Origin: Eledone cirrhosa
Taxonomy: Eukaryota
Reading direction: 5' to 3'
Length of the DNA stretch: 64,000 nt
Assembly (NCBI GenBank): GCA_964016885.1
Contig: CAXHJY010001492.1
Location: forward strand, 62,001-126,000
Shown here: positions 1 to 15,420 of the stretch, in pieces
Numbering within the stretch: the first letter of the stretch is position 1
Layout: each line of letters starts with the position of its first letter
Notes under the pieces: generated by a model
What the model saw: only the letters and a program-made list of their open reading frames with translations
What the model was told of the DNA's origin: nothing
The model's database searches: none
Translations under genes and position numbers: made by a program

Positions 1-240
1 TGTGACTGTTGTGGTGGTGGTGGTGGTGTTGTAGTTATATAGCTTGTTACTGTTGTGGTGGTGGTGGTGGTGGTGTCGTGGTGGTGGTGGTGGTGGTGGT
101 GTTGTGGTAATGGTGGTGGTGGTGGTGGTGGCGGTTGTGGTAATGTTATTGGTAGTAGTGGAGGTGTTTGTGGTAGTGGAGGTGGTGGTGGTGTTGGTGG
201 TGGAGGTGGTTGTGGTTGTAGTGGTGTTGGTATTGGTTGG
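1..240. repeat. Degenerate (GGT)n/(GTT)n trinucleotide low-complexity tract
   Basis: Directly visible; explains ORFs 44..274 and 55..312. Confidence 0.9.
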
Positions 241-1044
241 TGTCGTATACAGCAACCAGAACCCGTGTTATTGATCAAAAGTAAAGAATTTAAAGAGAAC
301 ATTTTGAGATGATGTCATGGCTAGCAATTCTTTTGATTAGGTAGATAGATTCTTTGGTAGTAAGTTCCATAGTCCGTTTTTGTGATTTAGTGAGATGATA
401 CTACATCAGAAAAGTGTTAGAACTTACAAACTGTCCTTTAATTCATTCATTCATTCATTCATTCATTTATTCATGTATTCATTCCCCTTTTTTGGTTCCT
501 CTCTCTGCAACAAAACCCCGTCTCAATCTTCCATTGATCTTCACTACTTATCTTCGCCATACTTTCTAATATAAACTTCTTTGTATACTTCTTCACATAC
601 TCATTAAACCTGGAATTCACCCCAATGTACATTGTGTCATCTGGTTTGAATTTTGTGTGTGTGTGTGAATTTCTCGTTCATTCGTTCAGGAAATATCTGA
701 TATTGTTACTCAGTGACTCAATCAGTCATTCAAGCACCATTTCAGTTACTCACTCAATCTTCTTATCAATTATAGTGTATCGAGAATATGACGGTAAAGT
801 GTGTGATCTCAATGTCGTTTGGCTTCTGTTTATAGCACACCGAGGGGAGATATACAGGCTCGCTCCTTCGCTTGTGTATTGTCAGTGGTGCTGACAATGT
901 ATTTTGATTGTGGTGGTGTTGGCAGTGGCGTTGACAATATATTATGATGGTGGTGGTGGCGTTGAAAATGTATTACGGTGGTGGTGGTGGTGATGATGGG
1001 ATAGATGAGGTTCAACGGCATTCATGGTAATACTATGTGATTCT

Positions 1045-1250
1045 GTTGTTTTAGTTGTCTATTTAACCCTAGGCCAGCCCAGATTGAACAGTACTATAAT
1101 GATAAAAGAAATTCTAGAATAAAACATCACCACATTTTCTTTACAGAGAACCTAAAATCACAATATCCAATATCCAACTTTTCATTTCTAAAATAGTTGC
1201 TATTTCTAGCAGGTCGGTTCTCTGGCAGAGTAGTGACCTACCTCCGTTGG
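1045..1250 (+). mobile_element. Old dispersed repeat (family 3); related pieces near 5000-5190, 26985-27040, 47440-47660 and 50603-50625
   Basis: A shared motif 'gttgctatttctagc(agg)' and a 'tttaaccctaggccagccc'-like start recur in several places. Highly diverged; class unknown. Confidence 0.4.
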
Positions 1251-1371
1251 TTAGTATGAGATGGATGTGTATGGTGAGGAGGAGATTAAATAGATATAAT
1301 GACGTGTTGGGTTGGTGAAGTGCGACGAATTATAGACGCGTGTACAGATCCCTTCACACACACACACGCGA

Positions 1372-4210
<2,839 letters not shown>

Positions 4211-5514
4211 CAGGGCAAAAGTGTAGACAGAATTTAGAAGTAAAAGAACGTGTCAAATTAGGGATCATTGATAGAGATGACCATTAACTTTACATGCTCC
4301 TTCCCCCTCCACCATCTTCCACATCTATTTTACTACCATTCCTTTCTCTTGTCGTCAGAGCCTCGAACAATGTCGCTCTATTGACGCCGTACCTAAAACA
4401 TCTCAGCTCTGTCGTTGTTTTAGTGCAAAGTCATGTATCTCAGTCTGAACAATGTATATTTTAGACATGTGTTGTGGGCGGGGCAGTGTGTAGTGTCCAC
4501 AATGTCAATTTCTACTTTCACTTTCACTTTTGATTCTGAACCTTAGTTGTGTTGATGCGACCAGAGTTATTATTATTATTATCGATTTCGTTCATGTTCA
4601 TCTTGCTACTGTTGTTCTATTTGTTAACCCTTGTGTTGACGGTCATTGTGATTTTGTTGTTGTGGTTTATGGTGGTACTTGTGGTGTTATTGTTGTTCCC
4701 TTTATTATATTATTTTTGTAGTTATTGTTGTTGATCACGTCATTTTTATTATTGTTCTTGTGATTGCTGTCGATGTTAGTTTCTATTTTCCCATTGTCCA
4801 CATGTCAACACTGTTAGTATAGTCATCACCATAGCGTCACATTTCCTATGACGGTACACTATGATGTGAAAGTTTCAGCAACCACATAGGGACTCGCTCT
4901 ATTGTTGTTATTTTATTGGTTGCTGACACTGTTATTGTTGTTATTATCATTGATGTTAGTGATGACGATCTCATTGTTTTTCATGTTGTATATTATGTTG
5001 TTATTTAGACAAGGATCAGCCTTGAAATGAAGAAACTTCCTGCAGTGACCATCCCGCCTTTTAAAGACATATTACATCGAAGACTATATTATTTAAAGTG
5101 TCCATTTTTTGAAAAACAATGATATGAGTGAGATTTCGTTGCTACTTCTAGCCAGAATATTTACCACGTAGAAGCTCTCTTGCTTAGCTGCTTCTTTGCT
5201 ATTTTCCTTTTCAATTTTAAGGCTACGACGTCGTTGATGTTGTTGTTGATATTGTTGTTAGCACGTGTCAGTTCTAGTTACTAAACAGAGTGGCTGTCGT
5301 GTCATTGCATCAGTCGCTAATAAAACATTTTCCAATGAAAGAACTGATTAACTGGAGTGAGAAGAAGCTCAGTGGAACATCGTCACGACTCCAATATTGA
5401 TCTCTAAACAACACTTCATTGATTTTTAACATTACCAGTCAAATATTAATAGACCTTATGACACAGAGTAGTTCTTGTTCATTCTGTTGTTGCTGTGGTA
5501 GCTACTCTAGTGAT

Positions 5515-5847
5515 GGTGTTGCTGGGGAAGGTGTTGCTGGGGAGGGTGTTTCTGGAGAGGGTGTTGCTGGGGAGGGTGTTTCTGGAGAGGGTGTTGCTGG
5601 GGAGGATGTTGCTGGTGAGGGTGTTGCTGGGGAGGGTGTTGCTGGGGAGGATGTTGCTGGGGAGGGTGTTTCTGGAGAGGGTGTTGCTGGGGAGGGTGTT
5701 GCTGGTGAGGGTGTTGCTGGGGAGGGTGTTGCTGGGGAGGGTGTTGCTGGGGAGGGTATTGCTGGGGAGGGTGTTGCTGGGGAGGGTATTGCTGGGGAGG
5801 GTGTTGCTGGGGAGGGTATTGCTGGGGAGGGTGTTGCTGGTGAGGGT
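5515..5847. repeat. 15-bp GC-rich minisatellite (gctggggagggtgtt) x ~22
   Basis: Tandem units with point variants; no stop codons, giving AGEGV, TPSPA and QQHPP repeat ORFs. Confidence 0.95.
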
Positions 5848-6042
5848 CTACATTCTTTCCTCCGAATAAGGAAACAACACAACATAATACTGGGAAAGAT
5901 GGTGTCAGAGAGGTTGGTCCAACACAGAGAGAGGACATGGCGGGAACATGTATACACACATCCATATATATAAGTATTTACACACATACACACACGTATA
6001 TATAGAAAAAGCTAGTCAAAGAGAATCGGTATAGCTTCAGCA

Positions 6043-6102
<60 letters not shown>

Positions 6103-6485
6103 CGCCTTTATGTGAAGTATTATCTTTCATTTCCCAGCAGTAATCGTATTCGTTATTTCCCATCTAACAGAAACAAAAAACTACTACATATACATAAATA
6201 AAATGTTATAAAACCAAAGACAAAAAATTAATTGGAAAAGCAATTAACGTTTGGTAAAGGTGATGAGATTTCAAAGATATTAATTTATTTCTTACAATGT
6301 TTTGCTCTTGCAAAGTTTCCACCTAAATCCAACGTCAGATGGTTATTTTATCACCGGGTTAATTTAAATAAAAGCATTTCACTTACTTGGCACGCTAGGG
6401 GTTTGTTTTATGTATATAAATGTATGCGTATATATATATTTACATACCTATATATTGTGAGAGAGAGAAAGACATTATAGGAGAT

Positions 6486-6527
6486 TCCTGATGATTTCTC
6501 ACGAATGAAACAGTTCTAGTCCTGTAT
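6486..6527 (+). ncRNA. Hammerhead-like core, family B (CTGATGA-T-TTC-tcac-GAA-T-GAAAC-A-GTT) abutting (TA)n
   Basis: Both catalytic boxes are present with a 3-bp stem II. Related copies at ~49702-49745 (+), ~50895-50945 (+) and ~52422-52465 (-). Confidence 0.5.
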
Positions 6528-6531
6528 AATA

Positions 6532-6626
<95 letters not shown>

Positions 6627-6751
6627 GTATATATATATATATTTATCTATGTTCATACACGGAACAAAAAGCCCTACCTATGTTTCATGGTCTAATTATG
6701 ACCACCTCTCAGGATTGTGCAGCATAGTGCAGAGTGGAAGAGCTATCACCC

Positions 6752-6803
<52 letters not shown>

Positions 6804-6824
6804 ACGTGCGTATTTATGAATGTA

Positions 6825-7100
6825 TGTGTCTGTTCGATCGAAGCCTCAGGCGGATACGAACGTCGTGGCATGTCAAAACCAATAATGATTTAAAGAAGCT
6901 ACAGGTGAAAAAGATCGAATGCCTAATCTCAACCGATCAGATCAGTGAGTTTGTGTCTGTGGAAAGAACTGGAATAAAGGATCGGCAACCAGCACCCTCT
7001 GCCATACAACACTTGGGACCTCATTGCTAATGAAAATGAAATGTAGGTTGAAGCACCGAGGTTGCGATATCTACGGCGATTAATAGACGATGAGCGGGTG
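6825..7100 (+). mobile_element. Degenerate RTE-clade LINE ORF2 C-terminal fragment
   Basis: Translation [36 protein letters not shown]...DRQP, then APRLRY after a frameshift, resembles the RTE pattern CLRRILxISWxDKxTNxEVL...SIExLI...Q...DRLP...GxPxLRY. Confidence 0.6.
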
Positions 7101-7113
7101 TAAGCACCTTTCA

Positions 7114-7115
<2 letters not shown>

Positions 7116-7157
<42 letters not shown>

Positions 7158-7313
7158 GCACATACAAACACATATATACACATATATACACACACACAAA
7201 TATATATACATATACAAATATACACATAAATATGTATACATATACATATATATACACATACATATGCATACATATGCATACATATGCATACACACATATA
7301 TACATACACGTAC

Positions 7314-7356
<43 letters not shown>

Positions 7357-7359
7357 CAC

Positions 7360-7394
<35 letters not shown>

Positions 7395-7397
7395 CAC

Positions 7398-7450
<53 letters not shown>
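7116..7450. repeat. (TA)n/(CA)n compound microsatellite
   Basis: Directly visible. Confidence 0.9.
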
Positions 7451-7452
<2 letters not shown>

Positions 7453-7454
7453 AG

Positions 7455-7645
7455 GGCGGTGGATTGGCAGTATCGGTAGAAAGTCGGACGCCATGCTTTG
7501 ACGCATAGAGTTACGGCCCTTGCCATTCTGAGTTCAAATCCCGCCGAGGTTAAATTTGCCTTTCATCCTTACGGGGTCGATAAAATAAAGTACCAGTAAT
7601 GTACTGGGATAATTGCTGGCCTTGTGCCAATAGTAGAAACAATTA
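7455..7645 (+). mobile_element. tRNA-derived SINE family 1, near full length
   Basis: A-box-like 'tggcagtatcggtaga', B box 'gagttcaaatcc', central 'gcctttcatccttacggggtcgataaaataaagtaccag' and tail 'gctggccttgtgccaatagtagaaacaatta'. More than 15 related copies in the window. Confidence 0.85.
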
Positions 7646-7736
7646 TATGTATACACACACACATATATATATATAAATATATATATAAATATATACGATA
7701 TTAAACAAATGGAAACTATATTTATAAAACCATATT

Positions 7737-7802
7737 TATTTCATTATACATATTTCAGGGATACCATATTAGAAATATGGCATGCCTTCTTCAGATAAAA
7801 TA
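7737..7802 (-). ncRNA. Type I hammerhead ribozyme, complete core
   Basis: Minus strand reads TATTTTAT-CTGAAGA-AGGCATGCCATATT-tct-AATATGGTATCCCT-GAA-ATA-tg-TAT-A/ATGAAATA. Stem I is 8 bp, stem II is 14 bp (one C-C mismatch), stem III is short, and the cleavage triplet is AUA. Stem I is extended by pairing of 7719-7730 with 7816-7827. Confidence 0.8.
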
Positions 7803-7990
7803 CAATATATAAGCAGTTTTATAAATAAATTTGACGTACCATAAATATTGTTCAACTTCCATTTAAAAAAGTTGGTTTGGTAGTGAAATATATAAATATA
7901 ATAAATATAAATATATATAAATATAAATATATAAATATAAATATATATATATATAAATATACATATATTTATATATAAATATAAATATAT

Positions 7991-8023
<33 letters not shown>

Positions 8024-8046
8024 AATATAAATATATATATAGATAT

Positions 8047-8119
<73 letters not shown>

Positions 8120-8495
8120 ATATATATGTATATATATATATGTGTATTAAAACTTAAATATTGTTCTTTGATATATGTATACTTTGATATATTAAAGACA
8201 TAATAAATTATAAATTTCAGGGTATGGTGGTATCGGTTGATAATGGGGTAGTTATTTAGTGTCGACGCAATTAAAATACCATGCATATAAACACTTATTA
8301 ATACACAATAACACACACATATACAGTCATATATATATACGTATATATGATATATTTATGTATATATATATATATGTCTTTATGTGTATATATATATATA
8401 TATATTAGAATAAATGCTAAACTGTTTTAACGTTTTACAGAATAGATGAAAAAGTATATGACCAATAATCGATTAAGTCTATAGTTTTTAAAGGG

Positions 8496-8544
<49 letters not shown>

Positions 8545-9296
8545 ATGGGTGGTTGTATATGTGTCTAATAACATTTTAATAAAACTGCGTTAAATAAAGT
8601 TTGTAATATATATATATATATATGTCTACATATATACATATATATATATATATACATACACATATATATATATGTCTACATATATCCATATATATATATG
8701 TGTATGTATGTATGTACGTATATATATATATATGTTTACATATATACATATATATATGTGTGTATGTATGTATGTATATATATATATATATATATGTCTA
8801 CATATATACATATATATATATGTGTGTGTGTATGAATGTATGTATGTATGTATATATACATATATATATATGTATACATATATACATATATATATATGTG
8901 TGTATGTATGTATATATATGTGTGTGTGTATATAGATGTGTATGTATGTAATATATATATATATATATATCACAAAGATACACATTTTACGTTATTGCTG
9001 TACTCAATTTCAGTTTATTGAAAATATATTTAATGACCAGACATCCATGTAATTAATGTATGGTTTTTATCAAATAAATCTGGAAATTAAATATTTCTCT
9101 ACTTTTTAACTTGGTATATGTTTTTATAAGAAATTTATAAAATAGCTATTTTAATGATGATTTACAAGTAGATTATAGTCGTTAGAAGTGCAGAGACTTT
9201 TTTGGAAATTTTGATTGGAAATAATTGCTACAGAGAATCTGCTCATTTACACATACACATAAATATGTATGTATATCAGTAAATATGCATATGTAC

Positions 9297-9393
<97 letters not shown>

Positions 9394-9729
9394 TAATTCT
9401 ACCCCTACTACTGCTTCTCGGCAGAGCTGTTCAGCGGGAGACCGTGTCACAGGTGCCGGATAGCGATACGGCCACCAGATTTGATGGTTAGTTCCGATAT
9501 AATTGGGCACCTGCCGGACAAATAAGCAGCCCCAGATAAATACCGGTAAACTACTCAGGAAGATCAAGCAATAAGAGACACTCTTAGCTCCCATATATAC
9601 ATATATATATATTTGAAAAATAGAAAAAAAATGACTTCATTTTTAGTTGGTATTCTATAACCATTTAATTTTATTATTTTACAGTTTTGCTATGTCTAAG
9701 AAATCTATTTTTAACTTCGGTGGAAAGTT

Positions 9730-10215
9730 TTAAAAGTCCTGGTTAACTATGCGGACAACTTTCTCGCATTCGTCGGTGGCGATTGTCAAACTGATCTATG
9801 TCTATATATATATATAATAATAATTATTATTGAAACTGTTAAAGTTGTCTCGGGAAGCGGTTACGGACTTAGGTGTACTTATTAAACTGGTTCTAAAATA
9901 CTGGCCCTCGCACCAATGCACTTATTAAACTGAAGTTCTAAAATACTGGCCCTCGCACCAATGCACTTATTAAACTGAAGTTCTAAAATACTGGCCCTCG
10001 CACCAATGCACTTATTAAACTGGTTCTAAAATACTGGCCCTCGCACCAATGATATTGCTTCACAGCAATGTCGAAATATATATCCTTCCACTCATATATT
10101 CATTTTGGCTTCTCCCTTTTGTACACCCGAACATACACAGACACGTGTCCATGTGGATTGCCAGGTCTGGTAGAACATCGAACAAGATTCCTTATATCCG
10201 TTCCAGCTTTGTACA
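9730..10215 (+). mobile_element. Degenerate CR1/L2/Jockey-type LINE reverse-transcriptase remnant
   Basis: Ordered motifs: VNYADNFLAFVGGDCQTDL (YADD...DCxxLQxDL-like), EAVTDLGVLIKLVLKYW (DLGVxID..LxW), and VHVDCQVW (HLEYCxQVW). Interrupted by stops and frameshifts. Confidence 0.55.
9877..10051. repeat. 43-45-bp tandem repeat x4 (acttattaaactg[aa]gttctaaaatactggccctcgcaccaatgc)
   Basis: Four near-identical units inside the LINE remnant. Confidence 0.95.
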
Positions 10216-10479
10216 TTCTGACTCCAAATCCCACCTTGTGTTTCCACCAAAATATTACGACATGACACGAACATCTACAAAAATATCGTTAAATTAACCA
10301 CGAAATATCACGAAAGATGCGATTTCATAGGACGCCAGCTAAACCCACGCAGTTATCAGCCATAACAACACTACCAGCAGCAACATCAACAACAACATGC
10401 TCGGTCAGAGCCGTCAGGGGACTAAACAAGAATTACATAAAAATGAGTGTCGACCTAATATGCTTAAACCAGAAACCAT

Positions 10480-10620
10480 TATTTATGCCTAAGGCCAGCA
10501 ATTTTGGGGGGAGGGGGGAAAGTCGATTAAATCGACCCCCAGTGCATTATCGACCCCGTTAGGATGAAAAGCAAAGCTAACATTAACGGGTTTTGATCTC
10601 AGAATGTAAAAGGTCATAAC
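10480..10620 (-). mobile_element. SINE family 1 copy (long-tail subtype)
   Basis: 'aaggccagcaattttggggggaggggg...atcgaccccgttaggatgaaaagcaaag...gatctcagaatg'. Confidence 0.75.
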
Positions 10621-11170
10621 TCTGTGTTACGCCTAAATAACATTTCATATGGTCTGCCCTAATATCCGGACGTTTCATAAGTTCTTACATAACAGTAATA
10701 CTTCATTTACATATCTGTTTAGTCTGCTTAATAGTTTTTCTTATATTCTTATATTCCTAATGACGTAATAAAATTCTTCCACCGATTCATATGAATAATT
10801 TTCTGTCTAGCTATTTGGATGATATTCAAAAGGAAAGACCGATTATTTTCTTCAATATTAGCCGGGATTTACTGCTTCATCTTCGTAGTAAAAGAAAACA
10901 AATTAAATAAAGAGATGACGTAATTTCTGTCCTTGTTAATATACTGTATATGCGTCACAATTGCGTGAAGACTACTTACGTCAACAGATTCATGTATATG
11001 ACATCATATAGAATATTCCCGCATCACCCACTGAATACATTTTTAGAATTAAGTACAAGATGACAGTTTAGTGACTGAATAGCTCAGAGAATAGATTGTC
11101 GGACATCTAGAGTATGTGAGTTTCACACACGCATATACACACTCACGTATGCAAAGACAAGCAGCCACGC

Positions 11171-11209
<39 letters not shown>

Positions 11210-11332
11210 TAGGTAATTTAATTTAAAATCTCATTTCATATTTGATGACCGATCCAGACGTATATTAATATTGTCTGGGATCCAGAAACCTTTGGTAACA
11301 GTAGTTATATTTTGTGTTGTTCATTTTCTAAT

Positions 11333-11362
<30 letters not shown>

Positions 11363-11364
<2 letters not shown>

Positions 11365-11497
11365 ACGAAGACAATGTGGTAAGGAACCAGGTGGACCATA
11401 ACGCACCAAAATACTCAATACTTAGGGTAGTAGAGTGGGTAATAGGAACAAGTAAGACCCCGACGGCTGAGCTCAAGCCGTTTCGACGGCTAATTCT
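11363..11497 (+). mobile_element. (TA)n-inserted short element, family A
   Basis: 'aacgaag...gtggtaaggaaccaggtggaccataacgcacca...ccgacggctgagctcaagccgtttcgacggcta' with (TA)n on both sides. Homologues at 16455, 19360, 36840 and 50994. Confidence 0.8.
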
Positions 11498-11577
11498 ATA
11501 TATATATATAAAGGGTAGACGAAGAGAACAAAAGAAACACAGAACAGTTTCTGATCATCAGTCAAATTCTAAGGGGT

Positions 11578-11645
11578 AGGGCTTAGGTCAACTGATGAGA
11601 AGGGAATGCCCAGTGCTTCGTACGCTTTTCTGTTGTCTTAGCCCA
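11578..11645 (+). ncRNA. Degenerate hammerhead-like motif
   Basis: CTGATGA-GAAG...CTTC followed by GTAC instead of GAAAC. Flanks gggcttaggtcaa and ttgtcttagccc can pair as stem I. Confidence 0.4.
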
Positions 11646-11691
11646 ATTTTTTTGAATTAATTTTGTATCTCCTTAGCATCACGGGACATTC

Positions 11692-11837
11692 ATATCTATC
11701 TCTCTCTCTATATCTATATATCTATATCTATCTATTATATCTATATCTCTATATCTATATCTATATATCTATCAATCTATATCTCTATATCTATATCTAT
11801 ATATCTATCTATCTATATCTATATATCTATCTATCTA

Positions 11838-11894
<57 letters not shown>

Positions 11895-11903
11895 ATATAT
11901 ATA

Positions 11904-11938
<35 letters not shown>

Positions 11939-12021
11939 CTCTATATATATCTATATATATATATATCTATATATATATCTATATCTATATCTATCTATCT
12001 ATATATCTATCTATCTATATT
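11692..12021. repeat. (TATATC)n/(TA)n/(TCTA)n microsatellite
   Basis: Directly visible. Confidence 0.9.
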
Positions 12022-12025
12022 ATGC

Positions 12026-12139
12026 TGAATAGTGAGTCTTGTCACTGAAGAGTTTTGTCTGTTTATCAGTTCCAGAGTTCTTATCTGATGACCTTGTCAT
12101 AAACAAACAATACTCCAGACTGACAAGACTCACTATTCA
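12026..12139. repeat. Inverted repeat, ~41-bp imperfect arms with a perfect outer 19 bp
   Basis: tgaatagtgagtcttgtca ... tgacaagactcactattca. Confidence 0.85.
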
Positions 12140-12666
12140 CCCTTAATAAAATGAATATGAAAACTCTACTTCGGTATTGAGTACACCTTTCTGTCAATCG
12201 TCAACCACATACGGATACGGAGATGAATATGAATATATATATATGTATATAATTACGTATACTTACGTATTAAATGTGTACAGTACACGCACATACATAC
12301 TTGTAAAAATGTATGTGTACACACACACGCACACATTATACATATATATATATATATATATATACGGGTATGAGTGTGTCTGTATATTCTGTATACAGTA
12401 ATGAAACCACAACTACTTAGCTACAACTAATATTGTCTAGAATGTATGTCTATGACCAATGTAATCGATCATTATCGATTTCTCGAGGCCATCAACACAT
12501 TCACTCACACACTAATGATCACACACACACACACATGGCCTGTTCACTCTGCCTTCTCACCGTTCTATCATTCTGTGATAGATTAAGGTCGGTCTCAATA
12601 AGTAAAATGGCGACTACAAAGATAAAAAAATAAATGGCAAGACGACCAGACCTGTTGCCAATGCCA

Positions 12667-12759
<93 letters not shown>

Positions 12760-13046
12760 GTGAATGATGATAGACAGAGAGAAACAGAGGAAGTGAAGGA
12801 GACTCAAGCATATAGTAGACTTAGAGATAGAGTAGTTATATAAACGGAGAGAGAGAGAGAGAGAGAGAGAGTGTGAGTGTAAGTGTGTGTGGTACCGATA
12901 GAGAAATAGTAAAGTTTCAGGAAATGAGAATCGGGGAATCAGAGTGTAAGGGGATATAGTCAGATTGAGATATATATAGAGAGAGAGATAGACAGAAATA
13001 CTATAAGCGGGAGAAATATATAGACATAGTAAGAGCAAATACAGTT

Positions 13047-13092
<46 letters not shown>

Positions 13093-13095
13093 TAG

Positions 13096-13253
13096 TTATA
13101 CTTGGAGGTGGATCGTAATAATATTGCCAGAAATAATAACAGAACACACTCACTGTTTGGTTGGTTTTCGCTTCTTTTATATCTCTATAGTTAATTTATT
13201 TGGCAATCAACGTTTATCATTGATTGACCAACGGTTAAAAATACAGATATAAA
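13096..13253 (+). mobile_element. (TA)n-adjacent short element, homologous to 21417-21588
   Basis: Long near-identical match 'gtaataatattgccagaaataataacagaacacac...ggttaaaaatacagatataaat'. Confidence 0.85.
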
Positions 13254-13258
13254 TCTAG

Positions 13259-13541
13259 GATCCCCTTCGGCCACGAATGACTAAGGGTTTTACATCAAGA
13301 AAGTTCCCCCCTGAGCAAGGTTTTTTTGTGGAAGACCAACAGCCACCCATGTAAACCAATCTCACCCCTCCACACCACCAATGTTGTCCAAGCGAAAGTT
13401 AACATCTAATACACCTTGGCACCAGTGACGTCACAACTCATTTCTACAGCTGAGTGAACTGGAGCAACGTGAAATAGAGTGTCTTGCTCAAGGACACAAC
13501 ACATCACCCGGTCTGGGAATCGAACTCAAAACCCCACGATT
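13259..13541 (-). mobile_element. tRNA-derived SINE family 2 (resembles octopus OR-type CORE-like SINEs)
   Basis: Minus strand: B box 'gagttcgattccc', core 'gtgtccttgagcaagacact', tail ending 'gaaggggatcc'. Confidence 0.75.
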
Positions 13542-13804
13542 GTACACTTAAAAAATGATTGGATGAGTGGGGGAGAAACGTATACCTATCTGGCATCTAT
13601 ACGACAATCGAATGAATTAATATTGATTAAACTGAATTCAATTAAGGACTATACATATTTCTCTCTGTGTATGTGTGAGAGAGAGTGTGTGTGTGTGTGT
13701 TTGTTGTGTGAGTACGTGTGTATGTATACACACACCTATGTATGTGTCTCATGGGTATCATGCTGTTTTGTTAAATTATATCTCCTCGTTAACATTCTCA
13801 ACCT

Positions 13805-13928
13805 TACACCATACCACACGTTTCTCACACCATATCACACGTTTCTCACACCATATCATACGTTTCTCACACCATATCATACGTTTCTCACACAACAACT
13901 CTACACACCATATCATACGTTTCTCACC
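13805..13928. repeat. 21-bp tandem repeat (cacaccatatcatacgtttct) x ~5
   Basis: Directly visible; gives the TPYHTFL repeat ORF. Confidence 0.9.
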
Positions 13929-14546
13929 CTATAACTCTGCACATTTTGTACCTATTTCACGTCCTGTATTTTTTTTTTGTTATTTTTTTCATTATTTTAT
14001 AATCCCCAATATTACTGAAGCGTAGCTTGGATTTTAGATTAGTAAAGTTTCAGTTTGCAGTAAATTATATACACACACTTCCACAAACGCAGACACGTGC
14101 GCACTATCCCATATATATATATATACATATATATATATTCACACACACACATACATATATATATATATACACACACATACATGATTTTATATAAAAACAA
14201 ACACATAATTGCACATACAGCTGAGAAATGGAGAGGTAAATGCAGAGAGGTAGAGATAGATAGACAGGTAGAGATAGATAGACAGGTAGAAATATATCGA
14301 TAGATACAGAGACTGAACAGTTTTCCATGTCTCCTGTTTAAATTGTGTAGCTTCCATATAGAAAGATAAATTAAAAATTTAATAGACACGTGAAGACAAT
14401 TTTGTAGGAAATTAAATTATTTAGTGAAACTAGTTATTATATTATTGATACAACCCGAAACAATTTTAATGACATGACGTTGTAGATGTGTGTGTTGGTG
14501 TATATAGGTGTGTATGTCTGTGTGTGTGTATTTATACCTTTGTGAT

Positions 14547-14643
<97 letters not shown>

Positions 14644-15094
14644 TTTCACAAGTACCTTTACCTGTGTGTGTGTGCGCGCGCGTGCGTTTTCACAAGTACC
14701 TTTACCTGTGTGTGTTGTGCGTGTGTGTGTGTATTTACATGTACCTTTGGCCGTGTGTATCTCTGTAGTTGTTTACTTACATGTGTTAATACATTTTCTG
14801 CAGGTGTGTACGTAATTATGTATATGTGTGAGTGAGTAATTAGTATTTTTCAGTGTGTGAGTGTATGTATTTAGGTAATTGTGTGAGAGAGATGGAGAGA
14901 GATTTGGAGTTTCGCTGTATCAGTGAAGGTTTCTACATGTATATATGTAATTATATTCATATATGTGTGTGTATATGCGTGTGTGTATGTGTGTTGATGC
15001 GCGTGCGCGTGTGTGTATTTATGTATAAGGTTACTATTCATTAATTTCTTTATGTTAATATGTGTACTTAATTATTTAAACAGAAGAATGAAGT

Positions 15095-15420
15095 CGCGTA
15101 GCTTAGCTTAGTCGTTAGGGTGTTAGGCTCCACATTTTAAGGAGTTCGATTCCTGGCAGCACATTGTGTCCTTCAGCAAGACATTTCACTTCACGTTGCT
15201 TTAGTCTACTCAGTTTATAAAAATTAGTTGTACCTATACCTCAAATGAGCAGCCGTACCGTACTCTATGTCATGCTGAATCTCCCTGAGAACTATGTTTA
15301 GGGAATGCTCAGACACTGGCATATTAATATATCCCAAGAAAGCTATTACATTGATCACAACAATGTGAACACGCGCCATCGTGAGAGGTAACAGCCCGGA
15401 ACATCTATGGAAGTACATCT
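15095..15420 (+). mobile_element. SINE family 2 copy
   Basis: 'tagcttagtcgttaggg' A box, 'gagttcgattcc' B box, 'gtgtccttcagcaagacattt' core; 'gctgaatctccctgagaacta' is shared with the 37200-37505 copy. Confidence 0.7.

Noticed and set aside
472-640. Minus-strand open frame MYIGVNSRFNEYVKKYTKKFILESMAK...
   Set aside because: It is short with no recognisable family and a weak splice context, so it is compatible with chance.
942-1042. Possible minus-strand terminal exon (SHSITMNAVEPHLSHHHHHHHRNTFSTPPPPS*)
   Set aside because: The acceptor lacks a pyrimidine tract, the content is explained by (CAC)n repeats, and no upstream exon supports it.
12600-12615. YY1-like AAAATGGCG motif as a promoter element
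   Set aside because: A single short motif with no CpG island or gene context.
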